Source of the DNA: a virus
Taxonomy: Duplodnaviria; Caudoviricetes
Direction: 5' to 3' (one strand)
IMG/VR virus record: IMGVR_UViG_3300010261_000001
Location: 6,378-70,377 of that record
DNA length: 64,000 bases
Under the pieces are notes generated by a model. It was given only the letters and a program-made list of their open reading frames with translations. It searched no databases and was not told where the DNA came from. Every line of letters starts with the position of its first letter. Within the stretch, counting starts at the first letter, position 1. This document shows positions 60,766 through 64,000 of this stretch, piece after piece. The position numbers were made by a program, and so were the translations under genes.

Positions 60766-61056
60766 TTAAAATTTTTCTGTTTTTAGCTTTAAAAACTTTA
60801 TTTTTTCTATTATTAAATCCTTTGCCTTTGCAATATCTAATTCGCCTTCTTCTTCCCAAATTACGAAGTTGTAATATGGATCTGCTGCCCTAGTTATAAT
60901 TGCTTCTACTTCTTTTCCTTCTACAGTAGTGAGTGTGCCAAACCTGCTGATCGTTCTTTCCCTGTGATAAACTGCATCTAGCCATTCTACTTTAATCTCC
61001 ATTTCTTCTATCAAAACAAAGCTTTCTAGCTTTTCTCCAGTGTATATACTTTTCAT
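60766..61056 (-). CDS. Hypothetical protein
   Basis: AGGAGG RBS, first gene after promoter. Confidence 0.6.
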   Translation of the reverse strand: MKSIYTGEKLESFVLIEEMEIKVEWLDAVYHRERTISRFGTLTTVEGKEVEAIITRAADPYYNFVIWEEEGELDIAKAKDLIIEKIKFLKLKTEKF

Positions 61057-61099
61057 TTTATTACCTCCTTGAATTGCTTTTCCTCTACCTCTTATCTAT

Positions 61100-61128
61100 A
61101 ATATATCAAAACAACGTTACGTTGTCAA
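61100..61128 (-). promoter_or_regulatory. Sigma-A promoter with palindromic operator
   Basis: TTGACA-17-TATATT; ACAACGT-T-ACGTTGT at 61111-61125. Confidence 0.8.
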
Positions 61129-61240
61129 GGATTAATATGTAGTATTTTTAAATATTTTTATTCCTTGTAGTCATTGGTATTGCTTAATTACAGCCTATAT
61201 GTAGTATTGTGTCGAAAAGTTTTTTAAAATTATTTCTCCA

Positions 61241-61274
61241 AAAAAATAAAAAAAGACCAAGGTTTCCCTTGGCC
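61241..61274 (-). terminator. Terminator after lysis genes
   Basis: GGCCAAGG-GAAA-CCTTGGTC plus T-run. Confidence 0.85.
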
Positions 61275-61284
61275 TATAATAAAT

Positions 61285-61659
61285 CTACTCAACTTTCCTC
61301 TGTGTTTCACTAGCAAAATTAACTTTCATATATTCATCAGAGTAACCTAATAGATCCTTATCTTTGGAGAGGTACTCTTTCATATATTGTACTCCATCCT
61401 CAATAAGTCTATCTAACTCTTTCTTAGATATAAGTAGAGTTAATATGCTAGGTAACATCTTGTAAATATTCTCAACAACCATGGCATACTTGAGTTCTCC
61501 AGTTCCTGAACCCAAAGCCTTCTCTGCCTGAACCACTAGACTCAATACCGCTTGTCTAACAAATTCTTTTTTTCCTCTTTTGTAAAGAAAAAGTAGCCCT
61601 ATTATAAAAACTAGAACTACCAGGATTGAACTTAGATTCATTTTTATAAAATCTAACAT
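61285..61659 (-). CDS. Holin-like protein (LL-H-type)
   Basis: N-terminal TM, AEKALGSGTGELK motif; after endolysin. Confidence 0.65.
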   Translation of the reverse strand: MLDFIKMNLSSILVVLVFIIGLLFLYKRGKKEFVRQAVLSLVVQAEKALGSGTGELKYAMVVENIYKMLPSILTLLISKKELDRLIEDGVQYMKEYLSKDKDLLGYSDEYMKVNFASETQRKVE

Positions 61660-61660
61660 A

Positions 61661-62452
61661 TTATTTTTCCTCCTTATAATTTATTGTTACTGTTCCATTC
61701 TTCCAATCGATTTTGTAACCTAACTTTTCTAAAAATCTTATAGGAATATAATTTGTGCCTTTTTCATATATCCCATCAGTTTCAATCTGTTTTCCATGCA
61801 AATCGATTTTGATTTTGTCTAATTTGGTTTCTTCCTTCTGTTCCACTTTGGTAATTTCTTTTTCTTTGCCTGTAAAATACTCTAGTGATTTAGTTCCCAT
61901 TAGTCTATTTAGGTCTAGATTACCATTGTATCCGTCCAATCTTCCAACACTCGTATATTGGTGTATGTCACAAGGAAAAGCAGGTTTACTGTTTACTTTG
62001 CCATTATTGACTCCATAGTGAGGAATCCATACTGCATCAAACTTACTCATGTCTAAATTAAATTGCTTATATAGATGATGTGCAATGTACACCCCTACTT
62101 TCTTTACTCCTAATTTTCTAAGTTGGCCCACATATGCAGATATACCAACTCTCATATTGGCCATAGATTTTTCTTCTACATCCAAGAACCAGAATGTAGG
62201 ATTTAAGTCTTTAGTACGATTGTAGAAGTCAGTTGCTTCTTTCCTCATGTCATTTTCAGATATTCCTCTAACCCATGCATAACAAGCTGTAGGAACTCCC
62301 CTCTTTCGGAATTCTTTGTGATGGGTTTTGTAGTGCCTGTCTAATGTTCTACTGCCGTACTGGGTACGGATGATTGCAAGGTCAACTTGTTTGGCTAACT
62401 TATCATAATTCATACTCTTTGGATCTTGATGATGTGATATATCAATAATCAT
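61661..62452 (-). CDS. Endolysin, GH25 muramidase
   Basis: IDISHHQ, WFLDVEE, IHQYTS..GNLDLN; C-terminal stalk-like domain. Confidence 0.92.
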   Translation of the reverse strand: MIIDISHHQDPKSMNYDKLAKQVDLAIIRTQYGSRTLDRHYKTHHKEFRKRGVPTACYAWVRGISENDMRKEATDFYNRTKDLNPTFWFLDVEEKSMANMRVGISAYVGQLRKLGVKKVGVYIAHHLYKQFNLDMSKFDAVWIPHYGVNNGKVNSKPAFPCDIHQYTSVGRLDGYNGNLDLNRLMGTKSLEYFTGKEKEITKVEQKEETKLDKIKIDLHGKQIETDGIYEKGTNYIPIRFLEKLGYKIDWKNGTVTINYKEEK

Positions 62453-62676
62453 CTTCTCTTCATCTCCTCTCTTATATCCACTACATCTTTCTGTATATCC
62501 TCCACTATTCCAAGTTTCTGAGACAATTCTTTTATTATACTTTGATTCTCATAGATTGTAGTTTGGTATTTCTTCTCTCTATTTCTACTATCATAGAGAA
62601 CATACACAAACAAAAATACATACAATGCAGCCCATATGCCATTTCCTGCAGCTAACTTAAAAAGTTGTTCTTCCAT
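62449..62676 (-). CDS. BhlA/UviB-family holin
   Basis: GIWAALYVFLFVYVLYDSRNREKKYQ. Confidence 0.85.
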   Translation of the reverse strand: MEEQLFKLAAGNGIWAALYVFLFVYVLYDSRNREKKYQTTIYENQSIIKELSQKLGIVEDIQKDVVDIREEMKRR

Positions 62677-62708
62677 ATTCCACCTCCGTCAAAATATCCA
62701 GGAGGGCA

Positions 62709-62733
62709 TAAAAAATACACCCTCCCAGGTGTT
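62709..62733 (-). terminator. Terminator after tail-fibre chaperones
   Basis: ACACC-TGGGAG-GGTGT plus T6. Confidence 0.65.
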
Positions 62734-62766
62734 AAGTTTTAATTTATTTAGTTGCACATTATAATC

Positions 62767-62898
62767 CTATTGTTTATCTAAAACTTGATAGACTACTTCT
62801 TGTAAATTAAAGAGTTTTGGTACATTCTCTCTAGGTACTCCTTCCCTCACTTTTCTAGCCCAAAATTGCACTAAATAGTTCTCTGCTGTAAAAGTCAT
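62767..62898 (-). CDS. XkdX/CD1375-like small protein
   Basis: Manually read 43 aa MTFTAENYLVQFWARKV...VPK. Confidence 0.6.
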   Translation of the reverse strand: MTFTAENYLVQFWARKVREGVPRENVPKLFNLQEVVYQVLDKQ

Positions 62899-62899
62899 A

Positions 62900-63238
62900 T
62901 TATTTAGCACCTCCTTGAAGTCCTGCTATGATTGTAGTTAATTCCATTATCGTACCTTCTAATTCAGCAATCTTAGAATTTAATTTGGTATTAGCATTTT
63001 GTAGATTAGTATTTTCTTCTTCTAGTTGTACTAATTTATCTTGAACCATTGTGTCTACTTTTGGTTCATAAATCTCTTGACTCCATTGGTTACCTAACCA
63101 TTTCCTATAACGAACTGTTTCGTTGTATTCAGGTAATTCTACATACCTATTAACATCTTTCAATCTGTCTACCCTACTTACAATTTCTATACATACGTCA
63201 TTATCGTTAAGACGTGCGTAGTAATAAAACTTCTTCAT
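62900..63238 (-). CDS. XkdW-like tail-fibre chaperone
   Basis: YARLNDNDVC; C-terminal coiled coil; position. Confidence 0.6.
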   Translation of the reverse strand: MKKFYYYARLNDNDVCIEIVSRVDRLKDVNRYVELPEYNETVRYRKWLGNQWSQEIYEPKVDTMVQDKLVQLEEENTNLQNANTKLNSKIAELEGTIMELTTIIAGLQGGAK

Positions 63239-63309
63239 TTTTTACATTCCTCCTTTATTATTTATAAAAATATTTGTAGTAACCTTAGAACCTTTCTATC
63301 AATAAGCAC

Positions 63310-64000
63310 CTAACCAAATATATACACATCCCACTCACTATCGTTGGCATACGTTGGCAGTGGTAGACATATATTGTGTTGACTTACTCTTGCACCCTCT
63401 CTATTAACAACACAGAAGTGAGGGAAACTGTAGTCGTATAATATGTTAAAATCATATCCATCCTCATTGTGGGTAGGTTTAGCGAGAGATCTGTACGAGT
63501 TATATATAACATACGAGCCAGGGAACACTCCATGGGGTTGTGCCTTATTGTTGTACGCCAATATAAATTTTGGAGTGAATCCTAAGTCTTCGTTTATCTC
63601 GAGGAAAAGCTCAGTCTCCCTCATAGTACCTTTGTCGTTTTGGTAATCAAAAATTAGAAAGTATTTCCGTAACGTTGTGGGTTGATAGGTCGTGTGATAG
63701 AAAGATCCACCAAAGGTCCCCACAACTCCACCAACATTAACACCTTTTTTAATATTCTCAGCAATTAAATTAGTAATCTGTGCTTTTACATACCCGCTAC
63801 CATTATGGTAACCTTTTGGTATATAAATCTGTCCATTTTGAGTAGTGATTATTTTGTTTATACTACCATTATTGGGCATTGTTCCATTTTTAACACCTTC
63901 TTCTGTACCTATAGTTTTGCCAGATATCACATCTTGGGCTTGGGCTGTTCCATACTCACCTCCTTCACCCTGTAATATAAAATTTGAGCCATTATATCGA
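63310..64000 (-). CDS. Tail fibre/receptor-binding protein (partial, enters from window edge)
   Basis: Frame is open to the edge (RYNGSNFILQGEGG...); GTMPNNG, IPKGYHNG, AENIKKGVNVGG repeats. Confidence 0.8.
   Translation of the reverse strand, partial: RYNGSNFILQGEGGEYGTAQAQDVISGKTIGTEEGVKNGTMPNNGSINKIITTQNGQIYIPKGYHNGSGYVKAQITNLIAENIKKGVNVGGVVGTFGGSFYHTTYQPTTLRKYFLIFDYQNDKGTMRETELFLEINEDLGFTPKFILAYNNKAQPHGVFPGSYVIYNSYRSLAKPTHNEDGYDFNILYDYSFPHFCVVNREGARVSQHNICLPLPTYANDSEWDVYIFG

Noticed and set aside
717-63646. Many plus-strand ORFs in the track (e.g. 2042-2677, 2723-3274, 21843-22256, 38692-39120)
   Set aside because: Antisense shadows of recognisable minus-strand genes, with no RBS and low-complexity sequence
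1-64000. CRISPR array, integrase, reverse transcriptase, rRNA
   Set aside because: No repeat-spacer periodicity or diagnostic motifs seen; I cannot exclude them outside the window

Overview
About 64 kb of a low-GC Firmicutes (Clostridia/Tissierellia-like) temperate myovirus, almost all on the minus strand. The window looks like a cut circle: it begins in baseplate genes and ends in the tail-fibre gene, so both ends lie inside the tail module. In transcription order it runs: tail fibre, lysis, an accessory operon (HNH, SNF2 helicase, IbrA/IbrB-like pair with a GNAT between them), a pilin-like gene plus a large P-loop ATPase, ParM/ParR, a RepA_N replicon, a cI/cro switch, replication/recombination/nucleotide-metabolism genes with many small cassettes, the late promoter, a large structured ncRNA, two tRNAs, terminase, head and contractile tail. 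No integrase lies between lysis and repressor, so this is most likely a phage-plasmid. Most notable: (1) three direct 11-6-11 bp dif/Xer-like sites bounding two gene cassettes at 29801-30743; (2) the helicase-IbrA-GNAT-IbrB putative DNA-modification operon, whose helicase is split by an 11-nt insert between matching CTT codons; (3) a 222-bp structured insert at the start of a PAPS-reductase gene; (4) a compact ROOL-like RNA; (5) a pilin-like/ATPase module with sporulation-type promoter motifs; (6) a tail-fibre tip with DGR-like codon bias. All family names come from motif recognition by eye; no database searches were run.
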